A stretch of DNA of 64,000 bases from Clostridia bacterium (GCA_022790575.1 JAAVXM010000050.1:5515-69514); one strand, 5' to 3'; positions 30,882-40,023 are shown, counted from the first letter of the stretch. Made by a program: numbers and translations. Notes: generated from the sequence alone by a model not told the origin.

Positions 30882-31892
30882 CTATTGTGCATCTATCATA
30901 ATATATTCATTTTTTATTTTAGCAAACTTTATATATCCAATTATTGGGAAATGAAATAATATAATTTCTCTTATGCTTTTTTTGAATTGGTTCTTACCTG
31001 CAAGAATTTTAAAATATCCTATTATATTTAAGTTTATCTTTTTTGATTTTAGAATACTTTCATAATATTTCTGAGCTTGTCCTATAATTTTGTTGTTTTG
31101 CTCTTTTTGGCAATATTCTTTACACATTATTATACCTTTTAAATATGCTCTTTCTATTGCATCTGTTCTATATTTTAAATATGACTCATATCCTTCTCCA
31201 TTTTGATTTTTCCACCTTGTAATATTATTATTTAAGCTTCTTCCTCCAAATACATTACTTGCATGTAATCTGTAATCAAATAATGGCTCTTTTATATAAC
31301 TTATCCCTTTTCCTTCATTTGCTATAAATGCAGCTAACCAGTCATGTGCTATAACACTATCTTTAAATGGTATCATTTTTTCTTTTACTTCTTTTGTAAT
31401 TATTTGTGAACACCCTATTCCTACACATCTAGTTACTGCTAGTCTATTTGTTCCCTTTATTATTGGAACATTTTTGTATTTAAAATAATCTTCTTGTAAT
31501 ACAACTCCATCTTCATCAACTTGTCTACAATTGCTATATACCATGTCAACATTATCTCTTACTATTTGTTTTAAACTCTTTTCTACTTTGTCTTTATGCC
31601 AAACATCATCATGGTCTGAAAACATTATATATTTAGATGTTGATTGTTTTAATAAAAATTCAAAATTTTTATTGTATCCTAGATTTGTTTGTTGAATAAA
31701 TAATTTTATTCTTTCATCTTTTTTTTCATATTCTTTTAATATTTTTTCTACTTCTGGTTCTGTTGAATTGTCATCACTTATATATACTTGCATATTTTTA
31801 TGTGTCTGTTTTAATATACTTTCTATTTGCTTTCTTAAATATTTTTCCTTGGTATTATATGTGGTAACTAATATGTCTACTTTTTCCTCCAT
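30882..31892 (-). CDS. Family 2 glycosyltransferase
   Basis: VDILVTTYNTKEKYLRKQIESILKQTHKNMQVYISDDNSTE..SDHDDVW. First gene of the co-directional locus. Confidence 0.85.
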   Translation of the reverse strand: MEEKVDILVTTYNTKEKYLRKQIESILKQTHKNMQVYISDDNSTEPEVEKILKEYEKKDERIKLFIQQTNLGYNKNFEFLLKQSTSKYIMFSDHDDVWHKDKVEKSLKQIVRDNVDMVYSNCRQVDEDGVVLQEDYFKYKNVPIIKGTNRLAVTRCVGIGCSQIITKEVKEKMIPFKDSVIAHDWLAAFIANEGKGISYIKEPLFDYRLHASNVFGGRSLNNNITRWKNQNGEGYESYLKYRTDAIERAYLKGIIMCKEYCQKEQNNKIIGQAQKYYESILKSKKINLNIIGYFKILAGKNQFKKSIREIILFHFPIIGYIKFAKIKNEYIMIDAQ

Positions 31893-31958
31893 ACAATACT
31901 CCTTTCACTTTATTGTTATAATTGTTTTTTATATTTCTATATAACTTTGAATTTTATT

Positions 31959-33206
31959 CTAAAGTGTTGATAAAGCTTTTAATATACCTAGTTTTCCATA
32001 CTCATATGTTAGTCCACCTTGCATATATGCAATATAAGGACTCCTTATTGGTCCATCACAACTTAGTTCTATTGTTGACCCTTCTGTAAATGTTCCAGCT
32101 GCCATAATTACTTTATCATCATATCCTGCCATTATACTTGGTTCTGGTATTACATTTGCATCTATTGGTGAACCTTTTTGTATTCCTTGGCAGAATTTTA
32201 TTAACTTTTCTGCTTCTCCTAATTCTAATGTTTGAACTATGTCTCCTCTTTTTTCATCAAATGATGGTTCTACTTTATATCCCATTTTTTCTAACATTCT
32301 ACTTGCAAAAATAGCTGTTTTTACACTACTTGCAACTACACTTGGTGCAAAAAACAATCCTTTTAAAAATGCTGTATTTTGGTTTAATGATGGTCCTATT
32401 TCTTTTCCAACTCCTGGTGCTGTTAATCTTTCTGCACATAGTTCTATCAATTCTTTTTTTCCTGCAATATATGCTCCACTTGTTGCAATTCCTGCTCCTA
32501 AATTTTTCATTAGTGAACCTACTATTATGTCTGCTCCTACTTCTGTAGGTTCTTTTTCTTCAACAAATTCTCCATAACAATTGTCTACCATTATTATTAC
32601 TTCTTTGTTTACTTCTCTTATTGCTTTTATTGCTTTTTCTATTTTTTCAATTGTTAAACTCTTTCTTGTTGAATATCCTCTTGATTTTTGTATTTCTATT
32701 AATTTGATGTCTTTCTTTTTGGCTCTTTGTCTTATTGCTTCTATATCAAAGTCATTATTAACTAATTCTATTTGCTCATATTTTACTCCAAATTCTTTTA
32801 ATGAACTTCTGCTTTTTTCTTTGCTTATTCCTATTACTGTTTGCAATGTGTCATATGGTGCTCCTGATATACTTAACATTGTATCTCCTGGTCTTAATAT
32901 TCCAAATAGTGTTACTGCTAATGCATGTGTTCCTGATATTAATTGTGCTCTTACTAATGCATCTTCTGTTTTCATTATTTTTGCATATATTTCTTCTATC
33001 TTGTTTCTTCCAACTTCATCTATTCCATATCCTGTTGATGTGTGCATATGCATCTCTGCTAATCCACTTTCTTGGAATGCTAATAATACTTTGGCACTAT
33101 TTATCTCTTTTATTTTATCTACTTTTTTTAATTGTTCTTGTATGTCTTTTTCTACTTGTTCTGATATCTCCATTATTTCCTTTTTTATACCTATTTTTTC
33201 ATACAT
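31959..33206 (-). CDS. PLP-dependent methionine gamma-lyase-family protein (YnbB / 'aluminium resistance protein' family)
   Basis: 415 aa. NSAKVLLAFQESGLAEMHMHTSTGYGIDEVGRNKIEEIYAKIMKTEDALVRAQLISGTHAL and SLMKNLGAG match the YnbB-type pattern. Confidence 0.75.
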   Translation of the reverse strand: MYEKIGIKKEIMEISEQVEKDIQEQLKKVDKIKEINSAKVLLAFQESGLAEMHMHTSTGYGIDEVGRNKIEEIYAKIMKTEDALVRAQLISGTHALAVTLFGILRPGDTMLSISGAPYDTLQTVIGISKEKSRSSLKEFGVKYEQIELVNNDFDIEAIRQRAKKKDIKLIEIQKSRGYSTRKSLTIEKIEKAIKAIREVNKEVIIMVDNCYGEFVEEKEPTEVGADIIVGSLMKNLGAGIATSGAYIAGKKELIELCAERLTAPGVGKEIGPSLNQNTAFLKGLFFAPSVVASSVKTAIFASRMLEKMGYKVEPSFDEKRGDIVQTLELGEAEKLIKFCQGIQKGSPIDANVIPEPSIMAGYDDKVIMAAGTFTEGSTIELSCDGPIRSPYIAYMQGGLTYEYGKLGILKALSTL

Positions 33207-33260
33207 TCTTTTATTTTCTTCTCCTTATTTTTCTTTTGCTCTTATTTTATCCTAAAATCC

Positions 33261-33290
33261 AAAAAATAGCAAGTTTTCCTTGCTATTTTC
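33261..33290 (-). terminator. Intrinsic terminator after the pilin-like FGE-domain gene
   Basis: Stem ATAGCAAG (33266-33273) / CTTGCTAT (33279-33286) with a 5-nt loop. The A-run at 33261-33266 gives a U-run on the minus-strand RNA. Confidence 0.6.
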
Positions 33291-33313
33291 CTTATTTCAT
33301 ATTCATTTTTATA

Positions 33314-35023
33314 CTATTTCAAATACAATGATGGTCTAAATCCATCCCAGTCATCAGTTTTTCCATTAATATCTTCTCTATAACCTGCAGGTTTTACTGT
33401 AGCTGTATCATTATATTTTCCTCCTCTACTTGCACGTGCTCCTTGTACAACTACTTCCTCTACATATTCTAATTGGTTTCCACCCATATCATAAATATTA
33501 CATACTGGGGTAGTTAGACCTGTTTTCATCTTTTGACCTGTATAATTTCCTTGAACTGAATTTGTTGGATATGTTGGATAACTTTTTTCTATAAATTTAA
33601 GTGTTGTATCCCACCCTTGCCCAGTAGTCAACTTCGAATATACATAATCAGCCTCATAGTTATTTACATCTGCAAAATTTGTTGCCAAATTATTTGCTGT
33701 AGTATTTGCTAAACCACTATATGCTGTTTGGCCCTTTTTTACAACAACCTTATTATTTACATTTCCAGCCTCAAATCTCCCTATATAAAATCCACCATAT
33801 TTCTTTATACTATTAAAATCTGTTACATTTATTTGGTCATTACTTGTATCTATTGCTATTCCTTTTCCAAAATCTGTTCTTTTATATTCTGTTGCTGATG
33901 TTACATTTTGTCCTTCTCCACCTTCAACATAACATGGTATCCATACAAATTGGTTTCCTGTTTTGTCTTCTATTACTTTTCCCCCTTGTATTGTTGATGA
34001 ACTTTCAGATGATTCAATAAATCCTTTCGGAAGCCACCATTCCCCATCTGGAGCTATCTTTTTTGTATTCTTTCCTTTAGTCTGTACCGTTACCTCTTTT
34101 TCCTCTGATTCATTTCCACATTTATCTATTGCTTTCACTCTTATTGTATATGTTGCTTCAATAGTTGTTTTGATTATTACTTTTTCATTAAAATTGAAAT
34201 CTCCTGTTACTGGAGTTACTCCTTCTTCTGGAGTTATATTGTAATGAAAATTACTTACTCCTGATTGGGTATCTGTCGCTATTGCACTCAACTCAATATT
34301 TAGACCATCTACAATTGAAGTTACATCTCCCATTACTGGTCCTGTTCCATCAATTCTAAGTTGTACATCTATTGTTTTCGAATTTGTATTTCCATTACTA
34401 TCTGTTGCTTCAATTGTAATTGTTGTATCTTCTGTTATATTTTCTATCTTATATCTACCATTTGTTTCTATTGAAAAATCTGAAATTGGTGTTGAACCTT
34501 TTTTTGCAATTACTTTTGTAATATTTCCTCCACTGAATGTTTTGATTATACCTGTTATGCTTACTTCTGCTTCTGATGGTTTTACCCATCCATCACTGGC
34601 ATTGTTACTTACTTTTGCTGTTATTAGTATTTGATTCTCTATTGTTGAATTTCCAGCTATTTTTGGCACACTTCTATCTATTTCAAATGCATAGTTATCA
34701 ACAATAATAATGTTATCTATGATTTCTACATTTTCTATTTCATTTGAAATATATTCATCTAAAAAAACATTTTCATTATACTCGCTATTTGTCTTTTTTT
34801 CTACTTGCGCACTATTTAAAACCATTTCCAACTTTTCTCTTGCCTCAGCTTTACTGTTTTCCTTTTTTGCTTTTTGTGCTTGAGCTATTATTCCATTTTC
34901 TCCTGTTAACATTGCTATACTTACACCTGCTAAAATAAGCAAGACTATAAGTGTGACAATTAATGCTATCAATGTAATTCCTCTCGTACCTCTCATTCCA
35001 ACTTTCCTCCTATGTTTCAACAT
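33314..35023 (-). CDS. Prepilin-like N-terminal anchor protein with Ig-like middle region and C-terminal FGE-sulfatase / C-type-lectin-fold domain
   Basis: The likely start is ATG 34996 (MRGTRGITLIALIVTLIVLLILAGVSIAMLTGENG), with GGAGG 9 nt upstream. The middle region is beta-rich (TITIEATDSNGN, KAIDKCGNES). C-terminal FGE-like landmarks: NQFVWIPCY, GGFYIGRFEAG, NIYDMGGNQLEYVEE, ARASRGGKY, DGFRPSLYLK. Confidence 0.65.
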   Translation of the reverse strand: MLKHRRKVGMRGTRGITLIALIVTLIVLLILAGVSIAMLTGENGIIAQAQKAKKENSKAEAREKLEMVLNSAQVEKKTNSEYNENVFLDEYISNEIENVEIIDNIIIVDNYAFEIDRSVPKIAGNSTIENQILITAKVSNNASDGWVKPSEAEVSITGIIKTFSGGNITKVIAKKGSTPISDFSIETNGRYKIENITEDTTITIEATDSNGNTNSKTIDVQLRIDGTGPVMGDVTSIVDGLNIELSAIATDTQSGVSNFHYNITPEEGVTPVTGDFNFNEKVIIKTTIEATYTIRVKAIDKCGNESEEKEVTVQTKGKNTKKIAPDGEWWLPKGFIESSESSSTIQGGKVIEDKTGNQFVWIPCYVEGGEGQNVTSATEYKRTDFGKGIAIDTSNDQINVTDFNSIKKYGGFYIGRFEAGNVNNKVVVKKGQTAYSGLANTTANNLATNFADVNNYEADYVYSKLTTGQGWDTTLKFIEKSYPTYPTNSVQGNYTGQKMKTGLTTPVCNIYDMGGNQLEYVEEVVVQGARASRGGKYNDTATVKPAGYREDINGKTDDWDGFRPSLYLK

Positions 35024-35074
35024 TTTTATATATTTATTCTCCCTCTTGATAAAACATATTGAGAATTATATGGT

Positions 35075-35095
35075 GGGTAACAAAAGGGTAACAAA
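35075..35095. promoter_or_regulatory. Tandem direct repeat GGGTAACAAA x2 (11-bp phasing) upstream of the pilin-like gene; possible operator
   Basis: GGGTAACAAA at 35075-35084 and 35086-35095, about 80-100 bp upstream of ATG 34996. The G/C content is unusual for this AT-rich spacer. Confidence 0.3.
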
Positions 35096-35235
35096 TTACA
35101 TATTATATTGATTTTATTTATTATATTTCTTTAAAAATTCTTCTAATTCATTTTCATTCGAAAATATTTCTTCAAATATGTTATTTAGATGTATTTCGAT
35201 TATAACATAAAATTTTACAGTTTCATATTACTATA

Positions 35236-36429
35236 TTACTTTTCTAATAGCCAATCTATAATATTTTTATGGATAACTCCTTTTCTTGATAAATTCTTTT
35301 TATCTAACGAAAGTACATACTTAGGCACATTATCATTAATTCCAAAAAATGCTCCAAATTCACTTTTTATTGCACTTTCTTCCTTTAACAAATATGCAAC
35401 CTGAATATATATCTTTTCATCTGCTTTTGTTGCAATAAAGTCAATCCATCCATCTTTAAGCTTACCTATATAAATATCATATCCTCTTTTTAATAGTTCA
35501 TTATATACAACATTTTCAATTGCAAAACATTTATTAGATTCAAAGTCTTTATTTTTTATTTGAGCAATTCCTAAATCTGTCATATAGTATTTATTTAGCG
35601 TTTTTAATATTGCTTTTCCATGAATATCATATCTATAAATCTTTTTTATTATTAATGCTTTGCATAATGCATCTATATACATATATAGTGTTTCAGTAGA
35701 TACTGATTTCCCTTTGCCTTTTAAATATTTTATAATATTATCTGCAGAAAATTCTTTTCCTGTAGTATCAACAATATATTGTAATAATAAATTAAGTAAA
35801 ATAGTATCTTTTAATCCCAATCTCTCTACTATGTCTCTTAATATAATTGAATCAAGTACACTATGAAGATAATCTTTAATATTACTTTCTTCTATAAATT
35901 GAGTTCTACTTGGAAGTCCTCCCCATTTTATAAAATCCCAAAATGTTTTTTCATTTTTAGGGTCTTTTTTAGTTAACTCTGTATACTCGTTATAATTTAA
36001 AGGATATATATTAAATAATACACATCTTCCAGATAACACAGTTGAAAGTTCATTTGATAACAATCTACTACTTGAGCCAGCTATAAATATACTCATATTT
36101 TTTGATATTGTTTTTAATGAGTTTACAACCGCTTCAAACTTTTCTACTCTTTGAATTTCATCTAAAAATATATAATATTTTTTATTATCTTTAATCATCT
36201 CTTTAATATATTTGTTTAATTTCTCACCATCTTGTAATTCTTCATGTTCTATTAATTCAAAATTGATATATATAATATGCTCCTCATTTACACCTTTTTC
36301 TTTTATTTCATCAATTATTTGATTTAATATTACTGTTTTTCCACTCTTTCTTATTCCTCCAAGGATTTTTACTAAATCTGAATTGTAAAATTTCCTTATT
36401 TTTGACAAATAAGCTTCTCTTTTTATCAT
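35236..36429 (-). CDS. AAA+ ATPase with DUF4143-type C-terminal domain (AAA_14 family)
   Basis: 397 aa. N-terminus MIKREAYLSKIRKFYNSDLVKILGGIRKSGKT carries a P-loop variant. Walker B-like YYIFLDEIQ. Overall layout is typical of AAA_14/DUF4143 proteins. Confidence 0.8.
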   Translation of the reverse strand: MIKREAYLSKIRKFYNSDLVKILGGIRKSGKTVILNQIIDEIKEKGVNEEHIIYINFELIEHEELQDGEKLNKYIKEMIKDNKKYYIFLDEIQRVEKFEAVVNSLKTISKNMSIFIAGSSSRLLSNELSTVLSGRCVLFNIYPLNYNEYTELTKKDPKNEKTFWDFIKWGGLPSRTQFIEESNIKDYLHSVLDSIILRDIVERLGLKDTILLNLLLQYIVDTTGKEFSADNIIKYLKGKGKSVSTETLYMYIDALCKALIIKKIYRYDIHGKAILKTLNKYYMTDLGIAQIKNKDFESNKCFAIENVVYNELLKRGYDIYIGKLKDGWIDFIATKADEKIYIQVAYLLKEESAIKSEFGAFFGINDNVPKYVLSLDKKNLSRKGVIHKNIIDWLLEK

Positions 36430-36477
36430 TTTTTACCACCTATATTTATTATAGTTTTTTATCTTAGGCTTGTCAAG

Positions 36478-37671
36478 TTATTTCATAAATGCGAAATAAC
36501 TTTTATCATCTTTATGTTGAACTTTACCTTTATCTAAAACTATTGTTTCATCTGCTATATCCATTAATTCTTTTTTATGAGTTATAACAATAATTGTATG
36601 ATTACTTCTTAATTCCTTTAATAAATTAGTAATATTTTGAATTTTATCTATGTCTAATGATGATGTCATTTCATCAAATATTAATATCTTAGATTCCTTA
36701 AGTAATATTCGTGCTAATGAGAGAAGCCTTTTTTGACCACCAGATATATTTTGCTCTCTAATCATTTGACTAGCAGACATGATGTTTTCGCTTGATGAAA
36801 ATAAAGTATCAAAATATGAAATTACAATTAGCATTACCCCTATAGTCATATGTTTATTTATTATTAATTCCATACATATAAAATAAAGTATTGTCTTAAA
36901 TACAATTAAAAAGCATTTTAAAATTGATTTTCTATATCTTTCATATTTTTTCTTATTATTATATATTTTTTTCCAAGACTTATATATTAAATCATATTTA
37001 TTATCCATTGAAATAGAAATATCTAGAGTTTGAATATCTTTTAATCCTAACAATATTTGATTGGTTAGTCCAATTAGATTATCATATTCCTTTTTTTGTT
37101 CTTTAGAATACTTAATAACCATATTATTTAAATAATTGCTCCTTGCTACATAAACTAAATCAACTATTATTGTAAGCATTGCTAAAAAAATATTAATTTT
37201 AAAAAAATAAAATAAAACAACAATGCATTTTAGCATATTTAAAATAATTGCTAAAATGTTATCAGCCATTTCTCCAATATTTATAATATCACTTATCAAA
37301 CTATTAATTATTTTTTCTGTTGATATTCTTTCCTTATATTCTTCATCAAAACAATATATTTTTTTAACTATTTTTTTATATATAGTTATATAATTATCTT
37401 GATAAAAATTTTGATACATATACATAGTAAAATACGACATTATATTATTAAGTATTTTTAGAAAAAAATGAGTAACTATACTAGCAGTTGCTGCAATATA
37501 TAATGAATTTGTTAAATTTTCAGTTATCCTAGCAACAAATATTGGAATTACTAATTCTAATACTTCTTTCAAAAAATATCCTATATAATATGGTATTAGC
37601 TTTTTCTTATCTTCATTTATTAAATTATAATAATTTTTTACTATTTCTTTAAATTCATTTATCATTTTCAT
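36478..37671 (-). pseudogene. ABC exporter (fused TMD-NBD) with an in-frame loss of the Walker A / Q-loop part of the NBD; probably non-functional
   Basis: A ~300-aa six-TM exporter domain runs directly into ...SASQMIREQNISGGQKRLLSLARILLKESKILIFDEMTSSLD...TIIVITHK. The signature, Walker B and H-loop are present. No GxxGxGKS/T is seen anywhere in the ORF. It is 397 aa, shorter than the fused TMD-NBD exporters I recall (well over 500 aa). Confidence 0.55.
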
Positions 37672-37699
37672 ATCAATTTAATTATCTCAAAAAAATCAT

Positions 37700-37736
37700 A
37701 AAAAAACTTGATATTTTTTTATTAACAAATATCAAG
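37700..37736 (-). terminator. Intrinsic terminator after the AraC-family gene
   Basis: 10-bp stem CTTGATATTT (37707-37716) / AAATATCAAG (37727-37736) overlapping the stop codon. It is followed on the minus strand by a 7-nt U-run (A-run 37700-37706). Confidence 0.7.
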
Positions 37737-38511
37737 TAATTGGTATTAATATTTCTGTAAAGTCATCATAGTACACTTCAATTATAGGCATATCTAATAA
37801 TTTATAATTTAATGATTTAATGTATTCTTTTATCCATTTATTTATATTGTCAATTATATCATTAGAATTAAAACTAGTAATTTTTATTGAAAAATAATTA
37901 CACTTTTTTATACATATTTCTTTAGAACCATTAAATTTTTTATCTAATAAACAATAATAGGATACATCTCCATTTTTTTGTAAATATCCATAACGCTTAT
38001 TATTAATAAATTCAGGATACTTTGATTTAATGTCTCTCCAAAAATCAGGTATTTCCTTGCTTCTATTGCTATAATTAATATTTTTTGCAATATAAAATAA
38101 ATTAAATTCTTTATTCTTATATATTTTATAATCTATATTATAATTTTTTATACTCTCTTTAAATACAATTTTATTAAATAATTTTAGTTGCTTGCTGTTT
38201 TTTAAATCTTTTGGTGTAATCCCTTCAAACTTTTTAAATGCTCTATTATAACTTGATGGCGAATTGTATAAATATTTATATGAAACATCTGTTATACTTT
38301 CCCCATTTAATATATCTGTAACTGAAAGACTTAGTCTACGTAATCTAATATATTCATTTATTGTTTTTCCTGTTAAACAAGTAAACACACTTTTTAAATT
38401 ACTTTCATTCAGACCTATAAGGTGCGATAATTCTGAAATAGTTATTTTATCTAAAATATGTTCTTCTATGTAATCAGTTATTTTATTTAATTCGTTATAT
38501 ATATCATACAT
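37732..38511 (-). CDS. AraC-family transcriptional regulator with GyrI-like effector-binding C-terminal domain
   Basis: N-terminal double HTH: ITISELSHLIGLNESNLKSVFTCLTGKTINEYIRLRRL...YNSPSSYNRAFKKFEGITPKDL. It has a ~150-aa C-terminal domain. Confidence 0.85.
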   Translation of the reverse strand: MYDIYNELNKITDYIEEHILDKITISELSHLIGLNESNLKSVFTCLTGKTINEYIRLRRLSLSVTDILNGESITDVSYKYLYNSPSSYNRAFKKFEGITPKDLKNSKQLKLFNKIVFKESIKNYNIDYKIYKNKEFNLFYIAKNINYSNRSKEIPDFWRDIKSKYPEFINNKRYGYLQKNGDVSYYCLLDKKFNGSKEICIKKCNYFSIKITSFNSNDIIDNINKWIKEYIKSLNYKLLDMPIIEVYYDDFTEILIPIT

Positions 38512-39085
38512 ATTATCCTCCTGGCATTTATTATGTAATTCTATTTCTTAATACAATTGTTATCTAATATTTTTTGTCTCCTGTATACCTTTTATTCTAT
38601 AGTTTTATTATTTTTTATATTTACATTTATAAAAATAGTAGATATTATTGATAAAACAAAAATAACTATAAATACTTTTTCTCCTATAAAGGCACTCAAA
38701 ATCGCTAGTATTGAAAATACAATCACTTCTGTAAAGTATAGACTCATTTGTCCTACTGAAGATAATAAATCGTTATCTTCTTTTGATTCTTTAATAATAT
38801 TTTGTATTGATGTTTGTATCGATGTCTCATAAACTTTTGAAATATTGTCACTAACTGTTTTATTTATAGATATTATAAATTTATCTTTTACAAATAGATA
38901 TATCAATGTGATACTATAGTAACTACTGAAAATGCTTTAAAGTCTTGTAATATTAAGTATAAATACAAAGGGAGAAATTGTCTTTCTATTATATGATTAG
39001 TTCTTAATGCATATATGATTTTATATTTATTTTTGCTATGTATTAAATATTTTATGTTATAATAATACTTTCACAATTTTAGCAT

Positions 39086-39132
39086 AAAACAAGCCATTTG
39101 TAAAGTATCTAAACTTCACAAATGGCTTGTTT
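39086..39132 (-). terminator. Long hairpin downstream of a 50-codon GC-richer ORF remnant
   Basis: AAACAAGCCATTT (39086-39098) pairs with AAATGGCTTGTTT (39120-39132). The U-tract is only short, so terminator function is uncertain. Confidence 0.4.
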
Positions 39133-39401
39133 CAACTGATTAGAGGCAATATTCACTAATCACTTCATAGGCTCTGAATTTATCTGGCTCTATGAGATAA
39201 GTGTCTTCGTCAATGTAAAAGGGCTCAGCTATTTCACTTGGAAAAGCTCTTGCAGCAGAATGAGTACCTAATAAGTATTCGCCCATTTTCATCCATTCTC
39301 TTTCAACTTTAATGAAAACGTTACTACCAAAATCATTATTCCTATAAAAATTACTATTGTTTTATTAATTTATGCATATTTTCTTCTATTTCAAATTTAT
39401 T

Positions 39402-39719
39402 CTATGCTACTTTTATTCCTGTATCAATTATTTCTTGCACAAAAGGATTTCCTTCTTCAAAATCTTTTACCTTTATTGGGTGTGGCTCTATTCTTAAATC
39501 TATATTTTGTGTCAACATCATTAATTCTACCATTAAATCAAAAACATTATTATCACTATTAATAATAATAGCTATATCTATATCACTATCTTCATGATTT
39601 GTTCCTTTTGCATAAGAACCAAATAAATATACTTCTTTAATATTATAATGTTTTGATATTTCTTTAATATATTCTTCTACACTTTTTAAAATATCTATAT
39701 CAACATTTCTTTTAGCCAT
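39402..39719 (-). CDS. Minimal nucleotidyltransferase (MNT/MntA-type, pol-beta fold), orphan antitoxin-like gene
   Basis: 105 aa. Motif EVYLFGSYAKGTNHEDSDIDIAII (GS..[DE].D). Strong RBS GAGGAGG upstream. Confidence 0.8.
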   Translation of the reverse strand: MAKRNVDIDILKSVEEYIKEISKHYNIKEVYLFGSYAKGTNHEDSDIDIAIIINSDNNVFDLMVELMMLTQNIDLRIEPHPIKVKDFEEGNPFVQEIIDTGIKVA

Positions 39720-40023
39720 GACCAGACCTCCTCTATATTGTTTATTTGTTCAGATATATATTCTTTTGTACATCTTTCTGCTAATATATTCAAATTATGA
39801 ATTTTAGGTGGATATCATACATTTTCTTCCTCTCAATCTATTCTTATTATAGCATTAAAGTTAAATTTTTACTACATTTTGTTGTAAATATTTTTGATAA
39901 TTTATTTGTTTTCCTTTAACCTCTTGTTATAAGAAAGTGTTGCTCCTTGTTCTCTACAATAAATTATTGGTATAAAATAAAAAATGTTCTTATGAACTCT
40001 AAGTTCCATAAAAACATCCATAT

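Noticed and set aside
33314-33520. Possible diversity-generating retroelement target. The FGE/C-type-lectin fold C-terminus ending in GFR is the classic DGR variable-region scaffold.
   Set aside because: There is no reverse transcriptase gene anywhere in the window. I found no second copy (template repeat) of the 3' ~120 bp of the gene, including in the paralog at 49.8-51.5 kb. A DGR encoded elsewhere cannot be excluded without a genome-wide repeat search.
35071-35080. Possible att-site repeat of the tRNA-Gln 3' end (TGGTGGG shared with 40037-40043).
   Set aside because: Only a 7-8 nt match, which is too short to be meaningful. No integrase is present.
38592-38906. 104-aa minus-strand ORF upstream of the AraC gene (plus an overlapping 91-aa plus-strand ORF).
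   Set aside because: The track start is a TTG without an RBS, there is no family motif, and the composition is hydrophobic and low-complexity. It could be a remnant of a membrane protein, but I cannot support it as a gene.
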